This document shows, piece after piece, positions 1 to 10,787 of a stretch of DNA of 64,000 bases (the first letter of the stretch is position 1; every line of letters starts with the position of its first letter). Source of the DNA: an uncultured delta proteobacterium (lineage in GTDB: Bacteria; Desulfobacterota; Binatia; UBA9968); assembly GCA_963745835.1 (NCBI GenBank), contig CAVUZH010000003.1, positions 1,152,001-1,216,000 of the forward strand, read 5' to 3'. The notes below the pieces were generated by a model, which was given only the letters and a program-made list of their open reading frames with translations, was not told where the DNA came from and made no database searches. The translations under genes and the position numbers were made by a program.

Positions 1-679
1 CTACGCATATGACGATCAGCGTTTCCTCAATGCTCTGGCGCTGTGGAATGAGGGGGGCTAGATGCGAAGATGTCGGATGCGGCATAGCTTTCGATCAGAG
101 CAAAAGATAAGCCCGTCCAAGTTGTACCGCTGTGGCGAGAGCCGGCAATTCATGCTCTTGATGTCTGTCCCACCGGCAAGAATGATTCTGAGCCTGTTCT
201 ACTTTCAATACACCGTGATTCGGAGGCCGAAGTGCGCGGCCTGTTGTTACCTTGCCGCGAATTAAGCGTCGATCAGTGCTCCGACAATGTAAACGACGGT
301 GAGAGGTAAGGGGATGGACGTTAATCAGCCATATGAAACCCATTTCATCGTTCCAATGTTTTTATTTCGATTCCCCTCCTCGCCATGCTCTCAGTTGCAC
401 TTTCAGAGGTTTTCTTGTTGCTCGCATGTGCATTACTCGGCTAAACTACCATGCAAATTTCACCAGCTCGGTAAAAAGGAACACAGCGAATGGTCGAGTT
501 GCTCGGAGTCGTTTTTGTTACTCTCTTCGTAGGATTGTTTGTACGGGCGATACGCTTACTAGTGACTATACTCAGCAAAAAAGCGCCGGGGACGCGCCGA
601 CGCATTGATGATTCCCGAGGGCGCTATGTTCTCCCAGAATCGCCGCAGGATCTTTGATATAGCTACGAGTAAGCGTCTC

Positions 680-1100
680 CCCACCGCTAATCGCCGTAAA
701 AGCATTTTCGATGTCCTCAGGAGTGCTCGCCTCAATCCGCTACTTTAAGCGTGCGTGCTTCCTCCTCGATATTTCCGGGAACCCTCGCATGCGTCGAGTT
801 CGTTGCATCCACTAATACAGCAATGCGCGAGGCTCTTGGGAGGGCATTTTTTAATAGCTCAAAACGTTTTCCCATGATCTCCAGATCCCGCAGTTCCATA
901 CCTGTAATATTGCCCCCTGGTCTAGCTTGACTACCGGCCACTAAGCCCCGCTCAATGACATCGGACGCACGCCGAGGACGATGGGAATAGTGGTTGTAGC
1001 CTGCTTAGCCGCACATACAGCAGGCGGTGAGTGAGTCCACAGCACCTCAGGCGATATTCGGACAAGCTCAGCAGCGAATCGCTGAAGTTGATCGGGTTTA
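680..1100 (-). pseudogene. ABC transporter substrate-binding protein remnant (ABC_sub_bind type)
   Basis: Frameshifted pieces: FAAELVRISPEVLWT..AAKQATTTIPIV..ARPGGNITG..KRFELLK..PRASRIAVL; the 5' part is missing. Confidence 0.75.
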
Positions 1101-1206
1101 AACTCTGCATTATGCTAAATTTCGCATTGAAAAATATAATTTGTATAAATATCTTTAAAAATCATGAGAAAAGATGGAGGGTATTTGAAAAAGTAGGTGA
1201 TAAATT

Positions 1207-1455
1207 ATGCCAAGAAAAAAAGACGAGCCTCTTAGCAGAGCAAAGAAGGGTGTATCGGTAGAGGAATCTTCTTCTGTTATGGAAGAAATTCCCCAGGTGG
1301 AAACTTGGACAACGCCGGCAAGAGAGATGACTGAAGAGATTGTGGCGGCTGTGGAAACTTGGACAACGCCGGCAAGAGAGATGACGGTGGAAACTTGGAC
1401 AACGCCGGCAAGAGAGATGACGGTGGAGACTTGGACAACGCCGGCAAGAAGATGA
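1207..1455 (+). CDS. Small protein with VETWTTPAREMT repeats; possibly the 5' part of a disrupted gene running to 1683
   Basis: RBS-like AGGTGA before the ATG; four repeats; the same frame resumes at 1531 with a related motif VVASVESWT. Confidence 0.5.
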   Translation: MPRKKDEPLSRAKKGVSVEESSSVMEEIPQVETWTTPAREMTEEIVAAVETWTTPAREMTVETWTTPAREMTVETWTTPARR

Positions 1456-1456
1456 C
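1297..1456 (+). repeat. Four copies of GTGGAAACTTGGACAACGCCGGCAAGAGAGATGAC
   Basis: Copies start at 1297, 1351, 1387 and 1423; the last copy has one substitution and a 1-nt deletion. Confidence 0.95.
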
Positions 1457-1684
1457 CCTGGGACAATCAGGGGTCAAATACCCGAAACCGAGGCGCCTCT
1501 CTGAGCGTAGAAGCTCCGCCAACTGGTTAAGTAGTGGCGTCTGTGGAATCTTGGACGGTGCTGCTGGAGGAGAATAAGGTTCCCACTCCTGACGAATTGT
1601 GGCGTTATCATCTGGGGGAAATTCCGGAACTGATGCGGACAACGAGATTAGAAATCGGTTTAATGATTCACAAGGAGGGATGAT

Positions 1685-2062
1685 ATGCCAATATTTCCTA
1701 ACTTCATTGAAACTCCACATGAGATGCGGACACAAACCCCAGATGGTCGGGATCTCGTCTTTCTCTCCGGCTATGCGGTTTTCGACTTCATAGGAACCGG
1801 AGGCTCCTGGCGTTGCGATGACCTTTTTCTTGTAATAGGTCCTGGTTGGAGACGCATTGATGGAGTTGTCCCTGTGGTCTCTTTGGCTAGTATTTCTAAT
1901 CAGAACAACGCGGTCAACGCGGGGTGGGCAGTGGATAATTGCCGCTGGACAACTATTGGTGGCAGACTTATCTTCCTGCAAAGCAGGGTATGCATTAGAG
2001 ATTCAGACGGGCATCTCCATAGGGTGACTTATCAAGTTACCGCTATGGGCCAGTTGGAATAA
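1685..2062 (+). CDS. Hypothetical protein (125 aa, beta-rich appearance)
   Basis: Strong RBS AAGGAGG; starts 1 nt after the upstream TGA; protein-like composition. Confidence 0.7.
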   Translation: MPIFPNFIETPHEMRTQTPDGRDLVFLSGYAVFDFIGTGGSWRCDDLFLVIGPGWRRIDGVVPVVSLASISNQNNAVNAGWAVDNCRWTTIGGRLIFLQSRVCIRDSDGHLHRVTYQVTAMGQLE

Positions 2063-2149
2063 AGTACGTTAGGGGGTGAGGTCTTCAACCAAAGAAAATC
2101 AAAAGTGGAAAGCCGTTACAGCGCGGACATGGTCGGGCTAGGTAGGTTG

Positions 2150-2690
2150 CCATAGCGGGTGATCTCTCTTAGCTGTCGTTTTTCGTTTCCGCCACTTACG
2201 GTAAAAATACAAATTCGGATCGATGCCAGCGGCATGCAGAGCGTTGCCCCAGCTTCCAAATTACGCTTCTGCAGCACTCACAAGCCGGGGATTATCACGC
2301 CGCACTGCTGCATAGCCGAGTGGCTTGCCCGACCTATGCCTCTGAATGATCATCGCTATGATTTTGGCTTTGCTCCAACCAGCCGATCTGCGGTCGGTCT
2401 TTAACGCAGCCCTGGCTTTTTGCAAGCTACCGAAGTAGTAAACCGCGTGCAGTTTCAGCTTCTCTGGGAGATCATTTTCGGAATGCTGCTTCAAAGCCTC
2501 GCGCAAGGCCCGCAATACTCCGCGACGACCATCATGCGGGCTGTCAGGAACTTCGAGACCGGCGGCAATTAGTGCGTTTGGCCAACATCCAAATATGCGT
2601 AGAGCTGCGGAGAACAGTGCCGCGTAATTTTTTAGGACGTATTTCGGATAAAGAGGTATGCCTTTTTCTCGTAAACACCCTCGAAGCCAA
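2150..2690 (-). pseudogene. Helical-repeat protein remnant (W-S-K-x-K-I-I...FGSW..AL.AAG repeats)
   Basis: Frameshifted repeats: LFSAALRIFGCWPNALIAAG, YFGSLQKARAA, WSKAKII. Confidence 0.55.
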
Positions 2691-3201
2691 AGTCTTTGAC
2701 GACGCTAATTAGTTCGGCTGGCGTTGCGTCGATGTGCTCCGATAACGAAACTCCGGTTGGGCTTCGGGTGAGCGGCTACATCAGGTCGCTCAGCACTTCA
2801 CGGCGTTTCGAGAGTGGTTCGTTGAGCAGATTGATCCCCCGATAAATCAGGACATCAAACGCATAAAACAACAATGCTTGTGCTTGCGAGCGATGATGTT
2901 GCAGTAGGTTGAACGAGATGCGTCCGTTCTCGTCGATAGCGACGATCTCGCCGTCGAGCAGTGTGCGCGGCGGAAGCCGTTCACATCCTTTGGCAATATT
3001 GGGGAATTGTGCCGTCAAATCATTTCCACGCCGCGACCATAATGTGACTCCTGTAGTATCTCTGCTAGCAAGGCAACGATAGCCGTCGAATTTCACTTCA
3101 TAGAGCCAGTTTTTGCCGTCCCGTAGCTGCTGGATGAGTTGAGCGTACATTGGTTCGACGAACTGAACGCTTCCCGCAAATCAGCGAGTGGGTTTAGCCA
3201 T
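2690..3201 (-). pseudogene. ATP-dependent DNA ligase (LigD-type adenylation domain) fragment
   Basis: EVKFDGYR motif I, LWSRRG, LDGEIV, YAFDVL; internal stops and truncation. Confidence 0.85.
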
Positions 3202-4175
3202 GATGTGCAGACAAGTTGTAACTGCGCTACTTTTGGCTTAGCGGTTGTCAGTCCGATGTAGCTAGCTAGTCGGTCTAGCTCTCACCGCGCTCTCCCTCAA
3301 CTAAGATCACCTTGGGCCGATTCGTCCTACGAATGAGACAGTCTAAGTATTACGGCGGTTCTTCCCCGTTCCGGGCTGAGCATCCGCAAACGATTTGTGT
3401 CAAGGCCCAAAGCTGTGGATAACTACTACAACCGTGGAGCTATGATGATACTTCAAGGGAGCAAACCCTGCCAAGCTTACGCAACGGTAGTGATCCAAAT
3501 TGGTGTTGATTTGGAGGGGAATTCAAACGTGTGGCTTTAAAGAGCATTCTGCTATCATCAAAGCCTGGCGCAGAAAACGTCGCACGAGATTTAGGCAATT
3601 AGCTCAAGACCAGATCTGTTGTAGGTATCCGGCGATTCGACTGTGAGTTATCAACACCTTTATTAACACTTTTGGTGCAAATCGTCGAAAAACTCAGGAA
3701 TCGGCACCGTTGGCGTTCCCCCCGCGGGCTTGAACTGTCATAGAGGGTTTGTACCAAAGGCGAGAATTGTGCAGAAGGATAGGCAGGACTTGGCAGCTTC
3801 AATGTGACGTTGAGTCGACGCCGCTGTATAAGTATTATGACTCTCGGATGCGGACACAATGCTCTTGACCATCGCACCGGCCCCCGGACGGATATAGCTT
3901 CTCCCCGCCTTCAAATGAGAAGACCGTCAAAACTGCGAGCAGCTCGGACCATATTGCTATCAGTCGGGAGACACATTCGCTGACCGTTAACGGTTTGCTA
4001 GGTGGTCATTTTGCGTCGAGCTAACATGTCGATCCATCTTGACTCATGATTTTCGGTGATTAAAGTAGATGATTGGCTTGTCTGACCTTAGCTGAGCGGG
4101 CTCCTGGCTTACACATCGCAGTTCTGGTTCCATTTTCAGTCTTCGCCGTGCAGCAAACCTTGAGGAGAAATCCGG

Positions 4176-4853
4176 ATGCTGAGTCTCATCGCTTTCATTT
4201 TATTTCTTAGCCTATCCCTAATCGGCTCAAATATTAGTTGGGCAGCTCCTCCGCTCCAGGGAGGCGGTGTCAAACAGTTCATCCCCGCTTCGAATTGGCA
4301 GAAACAGTTTAAAATTACTGACGGTAAAGACCTAGGCAATGTAGTTCCGCTCACCTCTGTAGCTCTTTCGGACGAGAAAAGATGGAAGCTCGTTTTTGGC
4401 AATTATGCAGGCGTTTACTTGCTGCAAGAAACGACCGGTGAGGTGATAATCGAGAGACTCGAATTGTTTAAGAGCCGCAACGCTATCGTATATGAACCGG
4501 CGCTGCCGATTATACCGAGCGACATAAACTTAGCGAATCTTATCCGGCGTGAGACTGGATATCAGATGTTTAACCTCGACACCGGCAAACTCAAACGCAC
4601 GGGACGCGTAACCCACCTGTTGCAGCCCGCTTCAGCTTCGCAATTTGACACGCCTGCCGGCCGTCTAGATGGTCAGTACATCGAGATTGATCACTTGATG
4701 GAGATGGAATATCGTAGTCAGCTTCACCTAACGCTGGGCCTAGGCTACCGCTTAAACGAAGGTCCGATCTACGGTTCGGCAAGGTACAGTGTGACGAAGC
4801 TCGGGGTTTTTACCGCAACGAAAACTGCGGGAGCCGCCCTCTTTACTAGGTGA
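4176..4853 (+). CDS. Hypothetical exported protein
   Basis: RBS GAGGAG; hydrophobic signal peptide ending SWA; 225-aa ORF. Confidence 0.7.
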   Translation: MLSLIAFILFLSLSLIGSNISWAAPPLQGGGVKQFIPASNWQKQFKITDGKDLGNVVPLTSVALSDEKRWKLVFGNYAGVYLLQETTGEVIIERLELFKSRNAIVYEPALPIIPSDINLANLIRRETGYQMFNLDTGKLKRTGRVTHLLQPASASQFDTPAGRLDGQYIEIDHLMEMEYRSQLHLTLGLGYRLNEGPIYGSARYSVTKLGVFTATKTAGAALFTR

Positions 4854-4943
4854 TTTTTTACCTATCCCCGAGCATCATCTCAGTTGTTCCCAGCAGAGCC
4901 TGTACTAATATTACTGCGTGTAAAATTGCCGTGAACCCCCTCC

Positions 4944-5213
4944 TTAGCTGAGAGACGTTTCTGATTTTGCATTAACCGTGCTGTGGGTCGCCGCTTGCGA
5001 TTGTTTTGGATTCTTGTCGTCAATCCACTTTTTAGCGGCTTCCAGAGCGAAGTTTTCAGCTTCTTCTTTAGTTGGGAATGCGTTATTTAGTTTCAGTGTT
5101 TGAAAGGCGATGGGAGCTTTCTTACTGATACGAACCTCCGGCATGTAGCCGTTGCGGTCAAGGCTAGCCCAAGTGGTAATTACGATTGTGTGAGACTTAT
5201 AGGCGTGCTCCAT
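4944..5213 (-). CDS. Small hypothetical protein
   Basis: RBS AGGAGG; YKSHTI...FPTKEEAENFALEAAKKWID pattern typical of small accessory proteins. Confidence 0.7.
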   Translation of the reverse strand: MEHAYKSHTIVITTWASLDRNGYMPEVRISKKAPIAFQTLKLNNAFPTKEEAENFALEAAKKWIDDKNPKQSQAATHSTVNAKSETSLS

Positions 5214-5311
5214 GGGTGTCCTTCCTCCTGGTGCAGATGTTACCCGGCCTTTGAAACATAAGAAGCAAAGCGTCTCATACGAATGGTGATAATTAACCGG
5301 TGCGCTGACCT

Positions 5312-5506
5312 CTACGCTACTCTTGCTGGTTCCAACTCATGGTTTATCTCTGATGTGCATGAAATTTTGATTGGCCGATCCGCCTTTGTGAAGCAACTAA
5401 CCAATAAGTTAGCTAGAACAAGCCCGACAATCGCCGAAGCTGCGACGATTACGATTGCTGCAATAAGGAAGTAGCCAAGTAGTACCATCATGATGTTTTT
5501 CTCCAT
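5312..5506 (-). CDS. Small membrane protein (MEKNIMMVLLG...)
   Basis: Single hydrophobic helix; paralogous degenerate copy at 10788. Confidence 0.55.
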   Translation of the reverse strand: MEKNIMMVLLGYFLIAAIVIVAASAIVGLVLANLLVSCFTKADRPIKISCTSEINHELEPARVA

Positions 5507-5727
5507 ACCCAAAGATTCTTGGGCCTCGCCAGCGCAGCGCCTTTGACAGTTCGTCAAAGGAAACGAGTTGTCGCTTGCAGGGTTGTCGCCGCGCAGCGAG
5601 GGCGCGGTTAATAGCACAAGGCGTATCGGTGAATCAAGCTGGTTGCGTTCACTCTACTGACACCGCAGCGTCTGAGCATAGCCGCTTTTTTCCACCCGCT
5701 GTGCGTGGTGTGCTAAAATGCGCCGCT

Positions 5728-5997
5728 ATGGCTGTCCTGCACATCACCTACAACCACGATCCACAGACTTCTAAAGCGGGCTGTGATGGTTTCTATAAAG
5801 GAATGACGAGCTACCAATACCGGAGGTTGTCTCAATCGCATTGGACGATTAACACAGAGGAGTCCCCGCAAGCTGTTTGGCAGAAACTCAAACAGTACAT
5901 CGACCCGAGTGACTACTTCCTTATGATGCCCCTTGATCCGAGTTGTTTCTCTGCAAAGGACCGGACGGTTCTTAGTTGGTTAGCGGCAGGGCCATAG
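5728..5997 (+). CDS. Small Cas2/VapD-like ferredoxin-fold protein
   Basis: MAVLHITYN...LSQSHWTINT...VWQKLKQYIDPSDYFLM resembles the standalone Cas2-like family pattern. Confidence 0.55.
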   Translation: MAVLHITYNHDPQTSKAGCDGFYKGMTSYQYRRLSQSHWTINTEESPQAVWQKLKQYIDPSDYFLMMPLDPSCFSAKDRTVLSWLAAGP

Positions 5998-6041
5998 GTC
6001 CCGTGCCGGGGCAGCCTGGCGAAAGAGTGGGTTGGAAAAAG

Positions 6042-6188
6042 ATGTTCGGAAGTTTAATTGCCGGTCTCCTTGTCGTCACGTCGGTGCTTTTGGTTAGGCG
6101 TGGGCGAACAAACGTGTGCCGTCGGTGTCGGTCGCGCATTCGGCGGTGGTTTGCACATTGCCCAGTCTGCGGTGCGAAGCAGGACTAA
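6042..6188 (+). CDS. Small membrane-anchored zinc-ribbon protein
   Basis: TM helix followed by CRRC...CPVCG. Confidence 0.5.
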   Translation: MFGSLIAGLLVVTSVLLVRRGRTNVCRRCRSRIRRWFAHCPVCGAKQD

Positions 6189-6638
6189 GGGGCGCCGCCA
6201 GGGTGCGTGCCGAGTCTCTAAAGGAGACCGCCGCACGTGCCGGCAACGAGCACCATTGAAGCGTAGAGAAGCCGCAGACTTTAAAACTGTAAGCAGAGTC
6301 ATGTCACCCGCCTCCATCTTCAGGAGCGTCCACTCAGCTCTAATCACCAATGTCTTTTTTGACCGAGTCCTTTAGCGTCTCCTCTAACTTGTCCAGTCCT
6401 TTTGTGTCTTCGGAAGTCAGCTTTGGTATCTGCTTGAGATCTTTCGCTATGATGCGAATCGCGTCTAATCTCTCAACGATAGTTCAATTCGAGTCCTAGG
6501 CCGTGAAGCTCTTCGGTTGTCATTCTGTGATGTATTACCAGCTCTTCGAGCGCTCTCAGTTGCTGCAGAATTGAAGTCACAGATGTTTCCATGGGTCCCC
6601 TTGTAGCTGAGTTTTGCGTGGATGCTTTGGTGAAAAGT

Positions 6639-8096
6639 TCATGGCTCCCGCAATTTGCTTTCAGTCTCCCTTTGCTTGAACACAGCTTTGTCTAATCCGT
6701 ATTGATGCATCTTACGGGAAAGCGTTCTGACGCCGATTCGGCAGCTCTTTGCGGTTAGACCGATGTTCCCGCTAAGATCATTCAGTTTCTGCGCGAGGTA
6801 TTGCTTTTCCTTCTCTACAAGCCACTGCTTCAACGGGAGCGAAACACCGTGCTCCGATTCTCGAGGGTTGTCATTCGTAATGTCCGGTAAATCGACGTGG
6901 TGAATGCTGTCTCCTGCGTTCATCACAATAGCGCGTTGGAGCACGTTCTGAAGCTCCCGGATATTCCCGGGCCAAGGATAATCCAACAGAAGCCGCAGGG
7001 CTTTCCTTGAAATGGATTTGATGCCTTTCTGTTTTCCAGCGGCGTGGCGGTGCAAAAAGTGATACGCCAGTAAGGGAATATCTGCTTTCCGCTGGCGTAA
7101 AGGGATCAAATGAAGCGGAATCACGCTAATACGATAGTAAAAGTCAGAGCGCATCTTGCCGTCAGCGACAAGCTCTTTTAACGGCACATTCGTCGCGGTG
7201 ATCACGCGCATATCGACGTGGATGCTGGTATGGCCACCTAGACGCTGCACGTGTTGGTCCTCTAGGACCCGGAGTAACTTCCCCTGCATCACCAACGACA
7301 TGCTTTCAATCTCGTCCAAAAAAAGGGTGCCACCGTGAGCTAGTTCGATCTTACCCGCTTTTGATTGAAACGCTCCCGTGAATGCGCCTCTTTCGTAACC
7401 GAACAGTTCGCTCTCCAGAAGAGACTCGGGGAAGCCTGCGCAATTAATCGTCACGAAAGGTTTATCGCGGCGGCTACTATGGCTATGTACAGCACTAGCG
7501 AGTAATTCTTTACCGGTTCCGGTCTCCCCTTCTATTGAAACCGTCATATCCGTAGGGCCTACGGCACGGACTATTTCAAAGATGCGGTGCATCTCAGGCG
7601 TCTTGCTGAGCATTCCCCCAAATCGGTAACCCTCCTTCAGAGATCGTCGTAGATGGCGCATTTCCATCTCGACCCGAGTCTTTTCCAGTGCGATGCGAGT
7701 CGATTCTTGCAAGGAGGTGAGATTGCAGGGTTTCACTATGAAATCACAGGCGCCATTTTTAAGCACATCTATCGCAATATCGATGTCTGAGTATCCGGTA
7801 ATTGCCATTACGGGAACATCAGGATAATTCTCCCTCATCTTGGTTACTAAGTCGGTGCCACTCATGCCGGGCAGTTGAATGTCGGTGACGACGAAATCGA
7901 TGTTTCCCTGAGCTAATTGCGCCAAGGCCTCTTCACCGGATCCAACGGAGACAGCGGTATAGCCCTCATCCGAATAGAAGCGCAAAAGTAGATTGCGCAG
8001 TTCCGGATCATCATCGACAATCAGAATGTGCGGAATAAGCGAGTTGGATGTAACAGTAACCGGAGAAGCTAAAGGTAAAGCATTCATAAATTGCAA
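6639..8096 (-). CDS. Sigma-54-dependent response regulator (NtrC/AtoC family; REC-AAA+-Fis HTH)
   Basis: ILIVDDD receiver, GETGTGKE, ESELFGYERGAFTGA, LFLDEI, WPGNIREL. Confidence 0.97.
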   Translation of the reverse strand: MQFMNALPLASPVTVTSNSLIPHILIVDDDPELRNLLLRFYSDEGYTAVSVGSGEEALAQLAQGNIDFVVTDIQLPGMSGTDLVTKMRENYPDVPVMAITGYSDIDIAIDVLKNGACDFIVKPCNLTSLQESTRIALEKTRVEMEMRHLRRSLKEGYRFGGMLSKTPEMHRIFEIVRAVGPTDMTVSIEGETGTGKELLASAVHSHSSRRDKPFVTINCAGFPESLLESELFGYERGAFTGAFQSKAGKIELAHGGTLFLDEIESMSLVMQGKLLRVLEDQHVQRLGGHTSIHVDMRVITATNVPLKELVADGKMRSDFYYRISVIPLHLIPLRQRKADIPLLAYHFLHRHAAGKQKGIKSISRKALRLLLDYPWPGNIRELQNVLQRAIVMNAGDSIHHVDLPDITNDNPRESEHGVSLPLKQWLVEKEKQYLAQKLNDLSGNIGLTAKSCRIGVRTLSRKMHQYGLDKAVFKQRETESKLREP

Positions 8097-8257
8097 TAAG
8101 GAGAATGGCGAACTTTGTTCTGAATTAGGTTTAGACGGTTTCCGTGTCGGTTCGTTTACCGCACTATGACTTTCTCGTGACAGATTCGAGGGTTGATCAA
8201 CGATGTGCGCGTCAGCCAGGAAAGCCCGTCATCAGTCGGCCCTTAAAAGAAGATAAG

Positions 8258-8273
8258 AGCAACGGATAAGCCA
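8258..8273 (-). promoter_or_regulatory. Putative sigma-54 (-24/-12) promoter
   Basis: TGGCTTATCCGTTGCT has GG-N10-GC spacing, upstream of the regulator gene. Confidence 0.5.
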
Positions 8274-8479
8274 CAGCCAAATGAAGCAGAAATGGTCATT
8301 TGGCGAAATCGCACGACTTCTTCGCGCCAAGCAGCGGCGGACAGAAGTGCCATATTGGCTGACTTAGAATCCTGGAAGAAGCGCTCACGCCTCGTGACTC
8401 TGGCGCCGACGGGAAACTAGGTGCATGTCAGGTTCAGGATGGGTTCCGATCTGCTTAGTGCAAATCGCCAACGTATAGA

Positions 8480-8976
8480 GGATTTCAGCTTGACGGAGTA
8501 AGGAAGTATCCGGGCTCGAATGGAGCAAAGTCGATTTAACCGATTGGGTAATCCGTTTGTCACGAAAGAACTCCAAGAACAAAAAGCCACGAACTCTAGT
8601 GCTGGCCGGCGAATTGAAAGAGATCATCGTCAGGCGACTTGCCAAACGACTGCCGGACTGCCCGTTTGTATTTCACCGCGGCGGCAAGCCAGTTAAGTCT
8701 TTCGCAAAGGCATTCAAAACCGCCTGCGAAACGGTCGGCTTAAAGGGCATTGTGCCGCATGATATGCGCCGCAGTGCGGTTCGCAATCTGCGCCGGGCCG
8801 GCAACGACGAGCACGACTGCATGGAGATCTCCGGGCACAAGACGCGGGCGATCTTTGACCGCTACGACATTATTGATGAGGACGACCAGAGGCGGACGCT
8901 GGAGCGGCAGCAGGAATACAAGCGCCAGCAGATCGAACAGGGGCGGAAAGTCATCCCGATTCGGCAGGCTGGATGA
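8480..8976 (+). pseudogene. Tyrosine integrase, C-terminal catalytic remnant
   Basis: R-SKEV..LEW..VD, HDMRRS, ISGHKT, FDRY; N-terminus lost; converges on the tRNA 3' end. Confidence 0.9.
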
Positions 8977-9101
8977 ACTATCACAAAACAAGCACAAAAG
9001 GGCTATTTTTCTAGGTAAGGCAAACTTGATTTTTCAAGCACAGACGTTTGACTGGGCATTAAGTGTGAGGGGTAACTCTTTGCTGGGTAATAATAATTCT
9101 C

Positions 9102-9193
9102 TGGCGGAGAGGGTGGGATTTGAACCCACGTTACCCTTTCGGGTAAACTTGATTTCGAGTCAAGCGCCTTCAGCCGGGCTCGGCCACCTCTCC
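9102..9193 (-). tRNA. tRNA-Ser(CGA)
   Basis: GGAGAGG/CCTCTCC acceptor stem with GCCA end, anticodon arm CTTGA-CTCGAAA-TCAAG, long variable arm, GGTTCAAATCC T loop. Confidence 0.97.
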
Positions 9194-9269
9194 ACAATAA
9201 TTCAACTAGTTAGCAGATACCTCGGCAGTTCGCAAAGTCTGTGTACGAATGTCGTAAACATTCCAGACT

Positions 9270-10379
9270 AGTTGTCGCGCGAAAATCTCAACCATCTGTT
9301 CATCCGGCGGATTCACGTATCGCTGTGGAACGATCGCCGACTATGGCCGGCGGCAAGCTTGCGCACAGCTCTTCCGGAATATTCTCCAGCATCCACCGTG
9401 TAACCGAACAATGTCGGAAATCATGAAAGTGGAAATCTTTTATCTTCGCACTCCTCTTGGCTCGATCGAAAGCTTTACTCAAGGCGTCTTTCGTTATTGG
9501 CTTACCATCCCGGGTGAAAACCAAATTTGGTGCTGGAGGCCTCTAACCTTTTCGAATTCCTCTAACACTTCGGCAAGCGCTGGACTGATCGGGACCTTCT
9601 GGCGAGCCTTAGTCTTAGCGCGGCCGTTCATGATATTTATAACGGCTGCTTCTCTCCTCTTCCTGTGAGCCTCTTCATCCTCAAAGTCAGGTCTGCCCTG
9701 CTTAGGCAACCCTCGTAAGCTGCAATGATGCACCTCTGGAGCCACCGCGGAGAGGCTTCAAGTAAGGCTTTATATTCATCGGCTTCCAGAACTCTCTCGC
9801 GCGCCAAATGGTCTTCTGAATCTTTTAGTCTCCTTGTTGCTGGGATCTTCTCCAGCACTCCATTTTCGGCGGCAAGGTTGAGCATGTTGATCAATGTCGT
9901 TAGCTCTCGGTTAACTGTCGAGTGTCTGACGTGAGAGTCCTTAACAACCGGGTTTCCTCGGCGGGTGATTGGTTCGGTCAGCCGTACTTTTTATATTCCG
10001 CCATCTTACTTCACGTTATTTCATCCAAAGGACTCGAGCCTAATAACCGTTCGAGATGACAGGCGCAGCTCTTCCAAAAGCCATACGACTTCGTCCCCCT
10101 TTTCGTTTGGAGAAAAACGGATAAATACTTTGCGATCGTAAGGCGCTCGGGCGGCTCCGAATCGGCCTTTATATCGAAGTCTTTTTCCGGATATTCCTCG
10201 CTTCAAGAACCTTGCATTCCTCCCGAGCGGTCTTGAGATCCGATCCAACCGGAAACGTCCGGCGTTTCTTTTTCCATCAGTAAAAAGATGACGTAATACA
10301 GCGTGCTCCAGTCGCCGCCAGCGGTTTGATACTGGCGACGATAGAGATGCTTCTCGACGCATTCAAAAGTTTGCTTCAT
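9270..10379 (-). pseudogene. Tyrosine integrase, multiply frameshifted
   Basis: STVNRELTTL, RERVLEADEY, VPISPAL, FHFHDFRH in successive frames; RBS AAGGAG. Confidence 0.9.
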
Positions 10380-10394
10380 ACGATCTCCTTTCTC

Positions 10395-10601
10395 TCATTT
10401 TCCAGTTTTCTTCCTACTCCTCCGCCTCTTCTTCACCTTTTCACTCAGTTGATTCAAAAGCATTGCGTATGCGCCTTTCGGCTCGTTCACACCGGTTTCC
10501 CAACGTGCGACGGTATGCTGTCGTGCCCCTATCTTGTCAGCCAGTTGCTGCTGAGTTAGTTCGAGGGTGTGTCGAAGCTTCTTAATCTCTTGCGGGCTCA
10601 T
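10395..10601 (-). CDS. XRE/Cro-family helix-turn-helix regulator
   Basis: IKKLRHTLELTQQQLADKIG...TVARWETG..EP. Confidence 0.9.
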   Translation of the reverse strand: MSPQEIKKLRHTLELTQQQLADKIGARQHTVARWETGVNEPKGAYAMLLNQLSEKVKKRRRSRKKTGK

Positions 10602-10787
10602 GATCCTTATATCAATTCGTATAAGATTTTATAAGTAGAAATACATCAACAACAATGACTTGATTCACCCGCATTGGTTGTGCTATCAACTGCGCCCTCG
10701 CTGCGCAGCGGACACCTGGACACACACCTTGATCCTTTGACCGCTCGTCAAAGGCGCTGCGTTGGCAAGGCCCAAGAATCTTTGCGT

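Noticed and set aside
1297-1456. 35-nt repeats as a CRISPR array
   Set aside because: Spacers are 19, 1 and 1 nt, the periods are multiples of 3 inside an ORF, and there are no cas genes nearby
1277-1981. 234-aa minus-strand ORF with SSLLPALSKFP repeats
   Set aside because: Antisense to plus-strand genes that have clear RBSs
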